Shown: positions 8,516 to 18,977, counted from the first letter of the stretch. The stretch is DNA of 64,000 nt from an uncultured virus (IMG/VR IMGVR_UViG_3300042013_000063) (IMGVR_UViG_3300042013_000063); one strand, 5' to 3'. Translations and numbers: made by a program. The notes: generated by a model from the sequence alone, not told the origin.

Positions 8516-9634
8516 TTATATCTCTTTCAGGTACGGTTGGATGTTCTGCTTGATGTATTCCTTGAAGTATTCAGCGACAGGCCCTGGCAGTTGGTTGCTC
8601 AGGTACTTGCCACTCTCTGCTTCTATAAGGCTACGGCGGAACCTGTTGATGACCATGTCGTTCTTGGCGTTGTTGTTCACCGAGTTCAACTTCAACAGGA
8701 ATGACACCAGCGGCAGCCGTGCAGCGGTCAACGCCCAGATCACTTGGTTCGTGAATGCCACCTCAGGCATCCGGACGGCTCTTAACAAGGTCTCCGCGCC
8801 GAAGCAGGGGATATTGTCGAGCATGTCGTTAAACGTCGTGGTCTGCACGGTGTAGCGCTTGAGGATGTCTTCCAGTCCTTTCTCGAAGCGGCCACTGAGG
8901 TCGTTAAGATAGAAGGGCAGGTTGGTCTTCGGTTCAAACGTCCCGTCGAGCCCCAGCATGAACGCCATGGTGTTAAGCACGGCAATGTCCAAGTGACTGA
9001 TCATCAGGTTAGGCAACACGACCGAACTGATGAAGTAGGTGTCGGGGATAGCGTCTGCCCGTACCGACTGTAAGCGCTGGGCCATCTTCCACATCTGGTA
9101 CTGACAGGCCAGCAAGGGGATGTTCAGCTCCAGCACAGCGATGTTGGTGCGCAGCTTGAACTCACCCGGTACCTTGAGTGACCCATCGAGCTCCAGCACC
9201 GTGGTGCCGTTGATAGGATGGCTCAGGGCACGGACAGAGGTCATGTTCTCCCAGTTCATCCACAGGTCTCGTGGAGAGATGGTATCGGTGGCGGTAACGA
9301 GGATCTCACTGATGTCATCGCCGTAGAACGCGCCCTTATCGAAGACACGACCATGATGAGCACTGTTGGACAGTCCCATGGAACCTGCGATACGATTGAC
9401 CTGCGCTGCCACACGGGCATGGTAGGACATGAGGTCACCGTCGAACTCCACGCCGATCATGTTCAGGATCTTTAGGAGCAGGTGGTCACTCTTGATGTGG
9501 CCGGGGTTTTCGTAACGGTACTGTTTATAGCGTGGGATCTGGTTCTCGGTGATAACGGTCCGAACGTAGTCCAGATCGATGGTAGCGATATTCACCGCCC
9601 CAATACGAGGGACAGTATTGAAAACTGTGTACAT
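8516..9634 (-). CDS. conserved phiKZ-like protein (gp52-like by synteny)
   Basis: 372-aa minus-strand ORF between polymerase and chimallin; AGGTG RBS. Confidence 0.75.
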   Translation of the reverse strand: MYTVFNTVPRIGAVNIATIDLDYVRTVITENQIPRYKQYRYENPGHIKSDHLLLKILNMIGVEFDGDLMSYHARVAAQVNRIAGSMGLSNSAHHGRVFDKGAFYGDDISEILVTATDTISPRDLWMNWENMTSVRALSHPINGTTVLELDGSLKVPGEFKLRTNIAVLELNIPLLACQYQMWKMAQRLQSVRADAIPDTYFISSVVLPNLMISHLDIAVLNTMAFMLGLDGTFEPKTNLPFYLNDLSGRFEKGLEDILKRYTVQTTTFNDMLDNIPCFGAETLLRAVRMPEVAFTNQVIWALTAARLPLVSFLLKLNSVNNNAKNDMVINRFRRSLIEAESGKYLSNQLPGPVAEYFKEYIKQNIQPYLKEI

Positions 9635-9890
9635 GGCTGCACCTAGCGATGGGGTAAGGTCTCAAACAATTGGCAAGCAAACACGAGTGCCAACTGTAAA
9701 ATGGTAAAAAATAACTAGCACTAACCTATTGTATAGGAGATTGTGCTCCGAGATGATCGAAAGGTCGTCTTTCAATGGGAGGGCTTTTCCCTTTCGCGAA
9801 AAACTCTCGGTGTCACCGCGTTAAATTAAACCTTCCTAGCAGATGGTAATGAGGCCAGGATTAGAATTCGATTGAAAAACTAATCACCCC

Positions 9891-9908
9891 TACATTATCA
9901 ACGTGAAT
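9891..9908 (+). promoter_or_regulatory. putative early (virion RNAP) promoter TACATTAT
   Basis: TACATTATCAACGTGAAT after an A-rich tract; motif recurs at six other operon heads; resembles the phiKZ early consensus TATATTAC. Confidence 0.7.
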
Positions 9909-9970
9909 ATAGGAACTACAGTTCTGAGTTCACTAGGCCCTAGTAAACATGCAACCAGGAGTAAAGCCAA

Positions 9971-11863
9971 ATGGCTGTTAAAAACCAACTTGATGCCGGC
10001 ACCCCAGAAGAGCGCGCACCTCGCCAAGACCGTACCGAGCGTACGTCCGAGCGTGCAGCGACTCCTGAACAGTCGACTCGTCGCCAAGGCTCCCTGAAAG
10101 ACGTCAACCGTCTACTGGGTGGCCCTCTGGCTCGTAACACCGGTGGCGAAGCTCTGGTCCACGCAATCACTGCGTTGAAAGACTGGCTGCACGCCGACAA
10201 AAACGTTGGGGGCAGCGGTGTCCTTCAACTGGACAAGCTGACCATCCTCGGCCTGGAGTCGAGCGAGTACAACACCCAGGTTTCCTCGGTGATCTTCGCT
10301 TACCCTCATGAGCAAGATGGCAAGCTGAACGTCTACACCTACGTCGCTGCGCTGGAAGGCTCGATCGACGGCGAAATCCCTGCGCGTATCTACGACCAGA
10401 ACCGTCGTCAGTACCCAGTGCCTGGCGTCGTCGGCGACTTCGTGACCGAAGGCTACCTGAAGACCGCTGCTGACATCGTTAGCAAGCACTTCAGCAACGA
10501 GCGTCGTCAAGTCGAAGTTATCGACAGCGGCTGGCGTACCGTGGGCAAACTGGTGGACTTCTCCCTCAAGGATAACCCAGCAGTTCGCAATATCGCGTTC
10601 TACGCCATCGCTTCCCTGAACGCAATGGTTACCGCAGACGTCGACAACGACCTGTTCTTCGACCTGGACTGGCTCGCTAAAGGCGAGAACCTCGATATCT
10701 CTATCGACGTGTCCGGCCGCGAATTGCAAACCGCCGACCTGCTGCCGCGCCGTTCCGATCTGGTGATCAACATCTCCGGTTCGATTCAGGTTGACGACAC
10801 CCAAGTGCGCAACAAGCTGACCACCGTCGGCGGTTACATCAACCTGGTCTACTCGCCTGATGAAGTCGAGAAGTCCTTCAGCCGCAACCGTGACCAGAAG
10901 ACTCAGGTTTACACCCCAATCTTCATCATGGACAACCTGGACACCGGCGGCAACGCTATCACTCCAGAGCTGCTGTTGCTGGGTATCGCTGGCGCTTCGG
11001 TGATCAGCCGTAGCCAGAACTGGGCGCAAGTGTTCCTGCCGAACGACGTTCAGCGTGGCGCTACCGACTACCGCGACACTGGCTACCTGGGCCTGTTGGG
11101 CCAGAAGCGTGCGTACGTGGACGTTGGTAACCGCACCAGCCTGGACATCGACGAATGGTCCGACTACTTCTTCAGCCTGGTGCGTGAAGAGCTGGCGTGG
11201 GGCATCGAAGTCGAAGAAGGCGGCGACAACAGCTGGATCACTTCCCTGCTGTGGGCTGCTGCAACCGGCGACCGTGACTCGGAAGACCGGCTGTGGGAAT
11301 ACGCTGACCGCCTGACCCTGGGCAACTTCAGCCCGCGTGCGCGCGATCTGGGTGTTAGCAAGTTCGTCAGCCTGTCCGGTTCCCGCTACCTGTCGGGTAC
11401 TTACGTCGACGAGAAAGGCGACGTGCGCGACCTGCGTGACTTCGACATGCTGCGCTGGTTGGTACAAACCGGTAACGAAGATCCTACCATCGCCATCGAC
11501 TGGCAGGAAACCTTCGACAACCCGGACATCGACTGGGAAGTGCGCGTTGCTGAACAGCACCGCATGCTGACTTCGGTCCTGGGCACCAACCTGCAATACA
11601 GCCGTTACGTCAACCTGCTGTACGTGAACCCGGACGCCATCAAGGCGTTGGCTCAGGCCGTAGACGACTGCAAAGTCGGCATCGACCAGAACCAGACCAT
11701 GTACACCTTCGGCAACCGTCGTCTGCGTGGTAACACTCGCATTCACGAGTTCGCATCGGGTGACGTGTCTGGCGGTATCTTCAACCGTTCCCGCGATGTT
11801 GGCGGCAGCCGTGGTTCGCGTCGTTCGCCTCTGGGCAACGGCCTCGGTCGTCGTAACTTCTAA
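9971..11863 (+). CDS. chmA: chimallin, phage nuclear shell protein (phiKZ gp54-like)
   Basis: 630 aa, disordered N-terminus and G/R-rich C-terminus, strong codon bias, AGGAG RBS, immediately upstream of the nvRNAP beta' gene as in nucleus-forming phages. Confidence 0.9.
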   Translation: MAVKNQLDAGTPEERAPRQDRTERTSERAATPEQSTRRQGSLKDVNRLLGGPLARNTGGEALVHAITALKDWLHADKNVGGSGVLQLDKLTILGLESSEYNTQVSSVIFAYPHEQDGKLNVYTYVAALEGSIDGEIPARIYDQNRRQYPVPGVVGDFVTEGYLKTAADIVSKHFSNERRQVEVIDSGWRTVGKLVDFSLKDNPAVRNIAFYAIASLNAMVTADVDNDLFFDLDWLAKGENLDISIDVSGRELQTADLLPRRSDLVINISGSIQVDDTQVRNKLTTVGGYINLVYSPDEVEKSFSRNRDQKTQVYTPIFIMDNLDTGGNAITPELLLLGIAGASVISRSQNWAQVFLPNDVQRGATDYRDTGYLGLLGQKRAYVDVGNRTSLDIDEWSDYFFSLVREELAWGIEVEEGGDNSWITSLLWAAATGDRDSEDRLWEYADRLTLGNFSPRARDLGVSKFVSLSGSRYLSGTYVDEKGDVRDLRDFDMLRWLVQTGNEDPTIAIDWQETFDNPDIDWEVRVAEQHRMLTSVLGTNLQYSRYVNLLYVNPDAIKALAQAVDDCKVGIDQNQTMYTFGNRRLRGNTRIHEFASGDVSGGIFNRSRDVGGSRGSRRSPLGNGLGRRNF

Positions 11864-11886
11864 GGTCGGCCTGTAGTAAGTGCATT

Positions 11887-11932
11887 CAGGGGGAGCCTCG
11901 CTCCCCCTGTCTGTGCCCTTTCTTTTTATGCC
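11887..11932 (+). terminator. intrinsic terminator after chmA
   Basis: CAGGGGGAGC-CTC-GCTCCCCCTG stem then CTGTGCCC and T-rich tract. Confidence 0.75.
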
Positions 11933-11938
11933 TAAAGG

Positions 11939-13438
11939 GTGCTCAGATTGAAACAGCGTAACGGCATCTACTTTAAGATTTTCGATTATGAGAAGGCTTA
12001 TCGTGGGCTCAACCAAGAACCCATCCATGTAAACGAGTTCGACATCTCGCTTGAGTCTGAGCGTGAGCGGTTGAATTCCCTCATCTATACAAGCTACGAC
12101 GGCGACACACTGTCCAACGTACCCCGTTGCGACTGCGGTTGTGTAACCGGTGAAGACAACATGGGCATCCGCTGTCGCGAGTGTCGTTCTGTTGTGCTGC
12201 CTATTACTGAAAAACCACTGGAGTCTATCCTGTGGATCAAAGTACCGGACGGCGTACCAGCGTTCTTCAACCTCACCGTGTGGCGCATCCTGAACAAGAA
12301 CCTCACGTACTCAGGTTTCAGCTTGCTGGAATACATGACGAACGTGTTCTACCACCCAACGCAGAAAGAACCCGCAGACAAGATGCGGAAACTTGAGCGC
12401 CTCGGGATTCCACGTGGTTACAACAACTTCGTGAACAATTACGAAGCGATCATCCAGGCTCTGTTCAAAGCCAACCTGTTCCCCGGTAACGCACGCCGCC
12501 GCAAGAAGGTGTTGACGTTCCTGCAAGAAAACCTGCACCTGACCTTCACGACGGTCCTCCCATTCCCGTCGAAGATGGGCTTTATCACCGAGACCAACAA
12601 CGGCAAGGTGAGCGCAGACCACAAGATGGCCCCGGCCATCGACGCTATCTGGACGATTGTCGGTATCTACCAGAAGGCGAAGAAGAAAAAGAACACCCCG
12701 GAGTTTGAAGACAACTACGACGAACGTGGCGAGCCTACACAGCTGCGTAAAGAAAGTCGTTGCGTCCGCTCCATGTGCAAACTGGTTGAGTTCTACCGGG
12801 AATTCGAATCAGAGACGGCCTTTAAGAAGCCGGGCATCGCACGTAAGCTGATTTACGGTACGCGTCCACACTTCACGTACCGGGCTGTAATCACCTCGCG
12901 TCAGAAGCCGCACAACTACGATGGCCTGGATCTTCCGTGGTCATTGTCAGTACTGCTGTTCAGCGTTCACTTGGCCAACAAGCTCCTGAAGCAACGGTTC
13001 ACACCGAATGAGCTGAAGGCGCTGCTGTTCGAGAACACGCTGCGTTACCACCCGCACCTTGCGGACTTGTTCAAGGAACTCATCAGTGAGTCCAAGGACG
13101 ACCGCATCCCGACTGCCTTTGGTCGTAACCCTACGCTGAAACGGGGTTCGATTGGTTGCAACGGGATTGAGTCGGTGAAGGATGACCCGTCGGATAACAC
13201 CGTCAGCATCTCTCCACTTAACCTCATTGACAAGAACGCCGACTTTGACGGCGATGCCTTGTGGGGCGAATTGCCTCTGGATCACAAGAACGCCGAAGCC
13301 CTCGACCGTCTTGCTCCTTTCACTGGGGTAATGGACCTCAACCGCCCATTCACTGTATCCCGTAACGTGACCCTGCCGCCGCCTCTGGTAGCGACCATCA
13401 CGAACTGGATCATCGAAGGGGATGAAATTTCAACCTAA
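11939..13438 (+). CDS. non-virion RNA polymerase beta' N-terminal subunit (phiKZ gp55-like)
   Basis: Catalytic NADFDGD motif, RNPTL motif, N-terminal Zn site (CDCG...CREC); start GTG 11939 or TTG 11948. Confidence 0.92.
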   Translation: MLRLKQRNGIYFKIFDYEKAYRGLNQEPIHVNEFDISLESERERLNSLIYTSYDGDTLSNVPRCDCGCVTGEDNMGIRCRECRSVVLPITEKPLESILWIKVPDGVPAFFNLTVWRILNKNLTYSGFSLLEYMTNVFYHPTQKEPADKMRKLERLGIPRGYNNFVNNYEAIIQALFKANLFPGNARRRKKVLTFLQENLHLTFTTVLPFPSKMGFITETNNGKVSADHKMAPAIDAIWTIVGIYQKAKKKKNTPEFEDNYDERGEPTQLRKESRCVRSMCKLVEFYREFESETAFKKPGIARKLIYGTRPHFTYRAVITSRQKPHNYDGLDLPWSLSVLLFSVHLANKLLKQRFTPNELKALLFENTLRYHPHLADLFKELISESKDDRIPTAFGRNPTLKRGSIGCNGIESVKDDPSDNTVSISPLNLIDKNADFDGDALWGELPLDHKNAEALDRLAPFTGVMDLNRPFTVSRNVTLPPPLVATITNWIIEGDEIST

Positions 13439-13453
13439 TGTGGAGATCAGACA

Positions 13454-14077
13454 ATGGCAATCGCCGTATATGCCGATGACCAAGTCTTCAGGGCATTAGC
13501 CTATGGCGCGCCGCGGTCAGACGACCGGGATTACCTGCGTGACCACATCGAATCAGCTGCTGCTCGTTTGGGGCGTTCTGCCACTGCATTCGTCGATCGT
13601 GCTCGTGAACGGTTTGAATCGTTTGACTTGCGTGCCCTCGATCGTAAGCTGGATGCAATCAAGCGTAAGGTTCGCCATGCGTTTGACGATGACCGTATCC
13701 GTCCGATGACCCGGATCGGTGAGTTCCAGCAGGCTGGTATCAATCAGCAGCGCTGGCTCATGGCTAACCCGAAAGCAAGACGTCTGGTGCAACAAGACCG
13801 GATGTTCGGCTGGCGTGGGTCGTACAGGGATATGGAACCGGGTGCACTCGGCGACACCCACCGCGACTACCGTTGCGTGGTCAATGGTATTGCTCGTACT
13901 GACGAACACGGCAATCGTTACTTCGAGCAGCACTTTGACGTGTACGATGCTGATTACCGCGAAGAGCTCAAGTTCGGCGATCAGACAATGATCATGGACT
14001 GCATGTGGGCCAACCTCGAGGCGATCATCGCCGATGGCAAGGACGACCCGTCCGACCCAGACAACGGTTCTATCTAA
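13454..14077 (+). CDS. conserved phiKZ-like core protein (gp59-like by synteny, tentative)
   Basis: GGAG RBS; 207 aa; follows nvRNAP beta' gene. Confidence 0.65.
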   Translation: MAIAVYADDQVFRALAYGAPRSDDRDYLRDHIESAAARLGRSATAFVDRARERFESFDLRALDRKLDAIKRKVRHAFDDDRIRPMTRIGEFQQAGINQQRWLMANPKARRLVQQDRMFGWRGSYRDMEPGALGDTHRDYRCVVNGIARTDEHGNRYFEQHFDVYDADYREELKFGDQTMIMDCMWANLEAIIADGKDDPSDPDNGSI

Positions 14078-14118
14078 CCTTATAGGAGCCTTCGGGCTCC
14101 ACATCCTAGGAGCATGCA

Positions 14119-14493
14119 ATGAAACTGGATACCAAGGCGATCGAGAAGGTCGTTAAAGACCGAGCTGCGAACTTAGCCCCTCCGCTCCTCAACAGCCCAT
14201 CTGCGTTATTGGACTGGGCAGTCACCACTACGTTGCAACAGGTTACGGCTGCGCTTGAGAAAGAAGGCGATCCACGGCCACAGCAGTGGTACAACCTGAA
14301 GGAGCTCACCGACCGTATGTTAGCCACGATCGGTGGGATGACCCCTGCGCAGTACCTGGAGTTCTCGGTCACTACGGGCGGCACTCCAATGAAGCCCCAG
14401 TTGAAAGCCGATGAACAGGTTTGGCCCGTCGCTGAGGTTGAGCGACACATGGATGCACTGAAGCAGTTCAAGCTTCAGAACAACATTCAGTAA
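14119..14493 (+). CDS. hypothetical protein
   Basis: AGGAG RBS; 124 aa. Confidence 0.75.
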   Translation: MKLDTKAIEKVVKDRAANLAPPLLNSPSALLDWAVTTTLQQVTAALEKEGDPRPQQWYNLKELTDRMLATIGGMTPAQYLEFSVTTGGTPMKPQLKADEQVWPVAEVERHMDALKQFKLQNNIQ

Positions 14494-14575
14494 TAGTTCG
14501 GCACACATGCCTTAGATGGTATGTGTGCCGTATCCACCTTGGATACCTTTCTTTTTCTTTTAGAGGGCCTATCCA

Positions 14576-14998
14576 ATGGCGAAGATCATCCCCGTTCTCG
14601 ATTCAAATGGTTGGGTCACAGACTTGGCCATCAAGGCAGACGAAGCCCTGTGCAACGTCTACATCACTCTGCGTAGCCAGTCAGACTCCTATAGAGGCCA
14701 GCTGGTGAGCCTAGCGGACATGATCCGGCAGTTCGGGAACAACCCCCGCGCTCTGGTCGATCATGCGCAGGAAACGCTTCAGGGGTACTTTGACCGTCAG
14801 TTTGAGGAATGTAATCTCAAAGTCTCAGCCTCTGAGAACGGACCCAGTATTGATTTACAAATCGATGCTATCTTACGAGACGGTACCGAACAAATTACTT
14901 TGGTCCACGCTGTCACCTACACCAACTCGAAAATTCAATCAATTATCGACTTGCAGAACAACGGCAAAGAGATAATCCCAGCTGACCTGTTCAGCTAA
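14576..14998 (+). CDS. conserved phiKZ-like protein (gp62-like by synteny, tentative)
   Basis: GAGGG RBS; 140 aa. Confidence 0.65.
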   Translation: MAKIIPVLDSNGWVTDLAIKADEALCNVYITLRSQSDSYRGQLVSLADMIRQFGNNPRALVDHAQETLQGYFDRQFEECNLKVSASENGPSIDLQIDAILRDGTEQITLVHAVTYTNSKIQSIIDLQNNGKEIIPADLFS

Positions 14999-15015
14999 GC
15001 CATCAGGAGTTACAC

Positions 15016-16239
15016 ATGTCCCAAGCTCAGATCAAAGCCCTTCAATCGCGCGTCATCCAACTGGAAGACCAACTGAAGGCCCACCAGCAGCAGATCGTCA
15101 ACACCGTGGCCATGCAACTGCAAACCTTCTTCACCAACCCGGTGATGGTGGATTCGTTGGCTCACCGCCTGTTGATCGCTGGTGCGAACGCTATCGCCCA
15201 CAAAGCGTCCCACTCCACTGAACGTGCCCCTGAGCTGACCGTTCTGGAAGGTTACATCCCTGGCGCCCTGCGTGCGATCCTGAACACCGATGGCAGCCTG
15301 TCCATCGAGCAACAACTGAAAGGCGCCACCAACGCCGGCGGCGAGTGGGAATCGGCCACTGCGCTGTACGAAGAGAAAGGCGTCCTGGACTCCTTCGCTC
15401 AACTGCTGTCGGCCTTCGGCGCTGAAGCTGGTCGTGTGTACTACATCACCGACACCGTCACTGCACAGACTCACCGCGAGAAGATGGCCAAAGAACTGGT
15501 CGCTGCTGGCGTGACTGGCGCTGGCGACGACGCTCCTGAAACCCCGGCCGATGCCGACGCTGTCGAGTTCAAGCTGATCTTGGCTCACGATGTCGAAACC
15601 ACCAGCACTCAACTGTTCCCGAAAGGCACTTTGGTTGATGTGATCCGTGGCGACGAAACCCTGGTCATCAGCGTTGACGAAGTTCAGGACGAAGACGTTC
15701 TGAGCCTGCTGGACGGTGACGTGAAGGTGAACTGGATCGTGTTCTCCAGCGAAGAAGCGTACCTGCCTCCTACCTTGGAAGACGGTCCTGAGCCAGAAGC
15801 TGACCCGGTATTCGCCGGTGAAGGCGGTGAAGAAGATCTGGAATCCGGCGATCCAATCGCTGACGGTTCGGAGCTGCCGGAACTGCCGCCAGCTGGCGAC
15901 GAACCTGCTACTCTGGGCGCTGCTCCGTTCAGCGAGCACACCTCGGTACGCCTGATCACCAAGCCATGGAGCCTGGTGGAAAGCGGTCAAGTCGATCTGG
16001 TTAGCGATGAGCTGACTCAGTACGTTGGTCCGTACACCGACTTCACCGTAGAGGTTGAAGCTGGCGAAGTGGTCAAGGAAGCACACGAGCTTCAAGCCCG
16101 TGATCTCCTGATCATCTCCCGTAACGGCCAAGTCCTGCGTGAAGTGGTTGTCTCCGTCGAAGTGGGCGAGTTCACCACCACCGCTGAAGAAGCAAGTGCG
16201 GAAGGCGTTGACACCGCCGAAGCTGCTCCTCAGGAATAA
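15016..16239 (+). CDS. highly acidic hypothetical protein with N-terminal coiled coil
   Basis: AGGAG RBS; strong codon bias; E/D/P-rich linkers. Confidence 0.8.
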   Translation: MSQAQIKALQSRVIQLEDQLKAHQQQIVNTVAMQLQTFFTNPVMVDSLAHRLLIAGANAIAHKASHSTERAPELTVLEGYIPGALRAILNTDGSLSIEQQLKGATNAGGEWESATALYEEKGVLDSFAQLLSAFGAEAGRVYYITDTVTAQTHREKMAKELVAAGVTGAGDDAPETPADADAVEFKLILAHDVETTSTQLFPKGTLVDVIRGDETLVISVDEVQDEDVLSLLDGDVKVNWIVFSSEEAYLPPTLEDGPEPEADPVFAGEGGEEDLESGDPIADGSELPELPPAGDEPATLGAAPFSEHTSVRLITKPWSLVESGQVDLVSDELTQYVGPYTDFTVEVEAGEVVKEAHELQARDLLIISRNGQVLREVVVSVEVGEFTTTAEEASAEGVDTAEAAPQE

Positions 16240-16248
16240 GCAGCACAC

Positions 16249-16289
16249 GGCATAGAGCACTGGGGCTAAACGCCCCAGTGCTCTTTATT
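16249..16289. terminator. hairpin terminator
   Basis: 13-bp stem AGAGCACTGGGGC/GCCCCAGTGCTCT, preceded by GGCAT, followed by TTATT. Confidence 0.75.
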
Positions 16290-16309
16290 CCCTTAACTAG
16301 AGGTGGTAC

Positions 16310-16900
16310 ATGCAATTGCATAATGAAGACTTTGCGATGCTGGAAGCACTGAGTAAAGAAGAAAACGCTCGCATCAGTGAGCAGGACTTCGCTCGCCGGC
16401 TCTTGCCTCACCTGATCCCGCCTGAGGTGGCAGAGACCCGTCCCCGCAACCTTGACATCTGGTTGGCTGTAGCGGGCAATGCACAGCGCCTGATCGACGT
16501 TATCGACCCTAAGGGCAACGTCCTGTTCACCGTACCGCCTATCTTGTCACGCTCCCCGACCAGCGTGCCTTCAAAAGAAACCGATCCGGATAATGATCTG
16601 GGTGAGATCGGCGCGATTTACGACGCGCGGATTGGCACTGAGCCTGCTCACGTTGTGAACGAATGGTACTTCGCCAGCCTCGTTCAACGTAGCTTCTCCC
16701 CCGAGCAATCCCTCATTTATCTCTACGCGCGCATGTGGATCACCATCTACCGCCGCTACAACATCCCGCTTGAACGCATGTTCGGCGAGAACGCCGAGGC
16801 CATCAGTCGTGGCGTCCCAGGCGAAGACAAGTCGGTAGACAAGGCTAAGGAAGACCCCGCTCATGCAGTTCTTGAAGACGACGACTTCGAAGCTATGTGA
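16310..16900 (+). CDS. conserved hypothetical protein (gp64-like by synteny)
   Basis: GAGGTG RBS; 196 aa; precedes nuclease gene. Confidence 0.7.
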   Translation: MQLHNEDFAMLEALSKEENARISEQDFARRLLPHLIPPEVAETRPRNLDIWLAVAGNAQRLIDVIDPKGNVLFTVPPILSRSPTSVPSKETDPDNDLGEIGAIYDARIGTEPAHVVNEWYFASLVQRSFSPEQSLIYLYARMWITIYRRYNIPLERMFGENAEAISRGVPGEDKSVDKAKEDPAHAVLEDDDFEAM

Positions 16901-18050
16901 TGCCATCAGGACAGCGAACGGTGCAAGCATCAACATCGCAGTTCTGTCTGACATTCACTTAGGTCACCCCCGCACCAACACATTTCACATTGTGGCCAAC
17001 TTGCGCAAAGCCTTGCCTGACAACGAGGAGACAGCCAAGCTTGACCTGATCCTCTTAGCCGGGGATGTCTTTGATCGCCTGTTGACACTGCCGCAGGAAG
17101 AAGTAGACGAGATCCAAGCGTGGATCAACGAGCTGCTGGCACTCTGTGCCAAGTACAACATCCTGTTGCGTGTGTTGGAAGGTACGCCGTCGCATGATTG
17201 GAAACAGTCCCGTCAGTTCGTTAACCTGAACCTCGGTGCTGAAATCCCTGCACAGCTTAAGTATGTGGATACGCTGTCGATTGAGGTCATTGAAGAACTG
17301 GGCGGTCTGACAGTCCTTTATGTCCCCGATGAGTGGAACCATGATGCCAGCGTCACTTGGCTCCAAGTCCAAGAGCTGCTGAAGAAGCATGGGCTGGACA
17401 AGGTGGACATAGCCTGCATGCACGGGGCGTTTGACTACCAACTCCCGATCGAGTCGATCAAGAACCACAACAGCGAATGGTATCAGTCGATTGTCAATCA
17501 CTATATCGTTATAGGTCATGTGCACATCCGCACGCAACACGGGAAGATCCTTGCCCAAGGTTCGTTTGATCGCCTGAGCCACGGGGAAGAGTCGCCGAAG
17601 GGTCACTACCGGATGACGTTGAGTCCGGCAGGCAACAAACACTGGTTCGTCGAGAACGAAGGGGCCAAGCTGTACTTGACTGTGGATTGCCGTGAGTTAA
17701 CCCTCGCTGCCCTCATTCAGCACATGCAGTCCGTGGAGGACTACCCAACCGGTTCAGCCTTCCGCTTCCTGATCAAACGGGACAGTGAGCTGCACCGGGA
17801 TGTCCGGGAGATCCGTAAGCAGTTCCCGCAGTTTAAGATCACCACTCAACTGGATGAACTTAAGACGCCGGAAGCGCTGAAGGTCAAACAAGCCGCCGAG
17901 CATATCGAACAACCCATCAGTATAACCCCTACCAACATCTCTCACTTGGTAAGCGAGCGTCTGCCTACGGCCATGCCTAACGTCGATCGCTGTCGCCATG
18001 ATCATGTGTTAGCCACGTTGGAGAAATTCAAGTTCCAGGGAGCAGCATGA
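16863..18050 (+). CDS. sbcD: Mre11/SbcD-like metallophosphoesterase nuclease
   Basis: SDIHLG, AGDVFD, GTPSHD, HG and GHVH motifs. Confidence 0.9.
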   Translation: MQFLKTTTSKLCDAIRTANGASINIAVLSDIHLGHPRTNTFHIVANLRKALPDNEETAKLDLILLAGDVFDRLLTLPQEEVDEIQAWINELLALCAKYNILLRVLEGTPSHDWKQSRQFVNLNLGAEIPAQLKYVDTLSIEVIEELGGLTVLYVPDEWNHDASVTWLQVQELLKKHGLDKVDIACMHGAFDYQLPIESIKNHNSEWYQSIVNHYIVIGHVHIRTQHGKILAQGSFDRLSHGEESPKGHYRMTLSPAGNKHWFVENEGAKLYLTVDCRELTLAALIQHMQSVEDYPTGSAFRFLIKRDSELHRDVREIRKQFPQFKITTQLDELKTPEALKVKQAAEHIEQPISITPTNISHLVSERLPTAMPNVDRCRHDHVLATLEKFKFQGAA

Positions 18051-18913
18051 GTCCTTATGAACAAGATATACTGGCCGCGCTGAGCGGCCGGGAGATGGGG
18101 CAACTACCGATCTCGATCGGTACCAGCTTGGCGCTTGAGGGCGCCTTCGGTATCCTCGAGGATCATCCCAACCCAGCCCCTGTCATCCACAAGGTTGATG
18201 TCCTGTACCTCAACCTGCGTACCCTCATCCGTAACATCGCTGGCGCTGTCGATGCTGACGTCAATGCCCAACTCACCGCCGAGGATCTCTCGGCGGCGCT
18301 GGCCAACGAACTTCAGATCATCGAGACTGCCGTGAAGCAGTACACTGGCGGTCGGGTAGAGATCGTGCCCTACATGTGTGAATACAAGTCGCTCAAGCGG
18401 CGCTTCCCACACGCCATGATGAAAGAGACGAAGACCGAGAAGCAAGTCTTTGCGTTCACTCGCGAGATGAATGCGTTGGCCGACTTTGAAGAGAAGATGG
18501 GATGGATCTACTCCAAGAAGTTCGACATTGAGTTCGATAAAGATGACCGCGTAGCGCTCATCCTAACGAGCTACGCCATCGACCTACTGCAACGGTACAA
18601 GTTCACCTCGTTAACGCTCTTAGAATCGCACACAGGAGCTGCAAAGCCACCTGCTATGTGGTACACGAAGCTAAATAACGGAAAAGAGCTGACTTCCATC
18701 CCGTTTGACCGAATGACCATCCAGATGTTCGGTGATGGTAGCAACTTGTTCAGTCCTTTCCCCATCAAGATCAGGAAACACATGATCATGGTGGCGGAGA
18801 AGAACAAATGGACTCCGATGTCAACCAAAGCGCTCATCCTCGAATCCATCAAGAAGGAAAGAGACCCCGTTCTCGAGGCTCTCATTCTGAACCTGTACGG
18901 CGGGAACAAGTAG
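18047..18913 (+). CDS. conserved phiKZ-like protein (gp66-like), possibly PIN/5'-3' nuclease-like fold
   Basis: ATGA overlap with nuclease gene; fold call is only an impression from the pattern LYLNLRTLIRN...LILTSYAIDL. Confidence 0.6.
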   Translation: MSPYEQDILAALSGREMGQLPISIGTSLALEGAFGILEDHPNPAPVIHKVDVLYLNLRTLIRNIAGAVDADVNAQLTAEDLSAALANELQIIETAVKQYTGGRVEIVPYMCEYKSLKRRFPHAMMKETKTEKQVFAFTREMNALADFEEKMGWIYSKKFDIEFDKDDRVALILTSYAIDLLQRYKFTSLTLLESHTGAAKPPAMWYTKLNNGKELTSIPFDRMTIQMFGDGSNLFSPFPIKIRKHMIMVAEKNKWTPMSTKALILESIKKERDPVLEALILNLYGGNK

Positions 18914-18977
18914 CGTCGTAAAAAATAACACCGACCCCCTATCATTTGACTATTGCCCTCGCTGAAGGACTGTAAAA

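Noticed and set aside
10112..12028. 638-aa antisense ORF over chimallin (also 15010..16260, 21825..23234, 25122..26522, 32226..35012, 36054..37451, 38750..40330, 55128..56456, 62387..63934)
   Set aside because: Shadow ORFs from strong sense-strand codon bias; no RBS or motifs and fully overlapping well-supported genes.
11939..13438. Group I intron or intein in the nvRNAP beta' gene (and beta gene 25128..27302), as in phiKZ
   Set aside because: Both frames are continuous, of expected length, with catalytic motifs intact.
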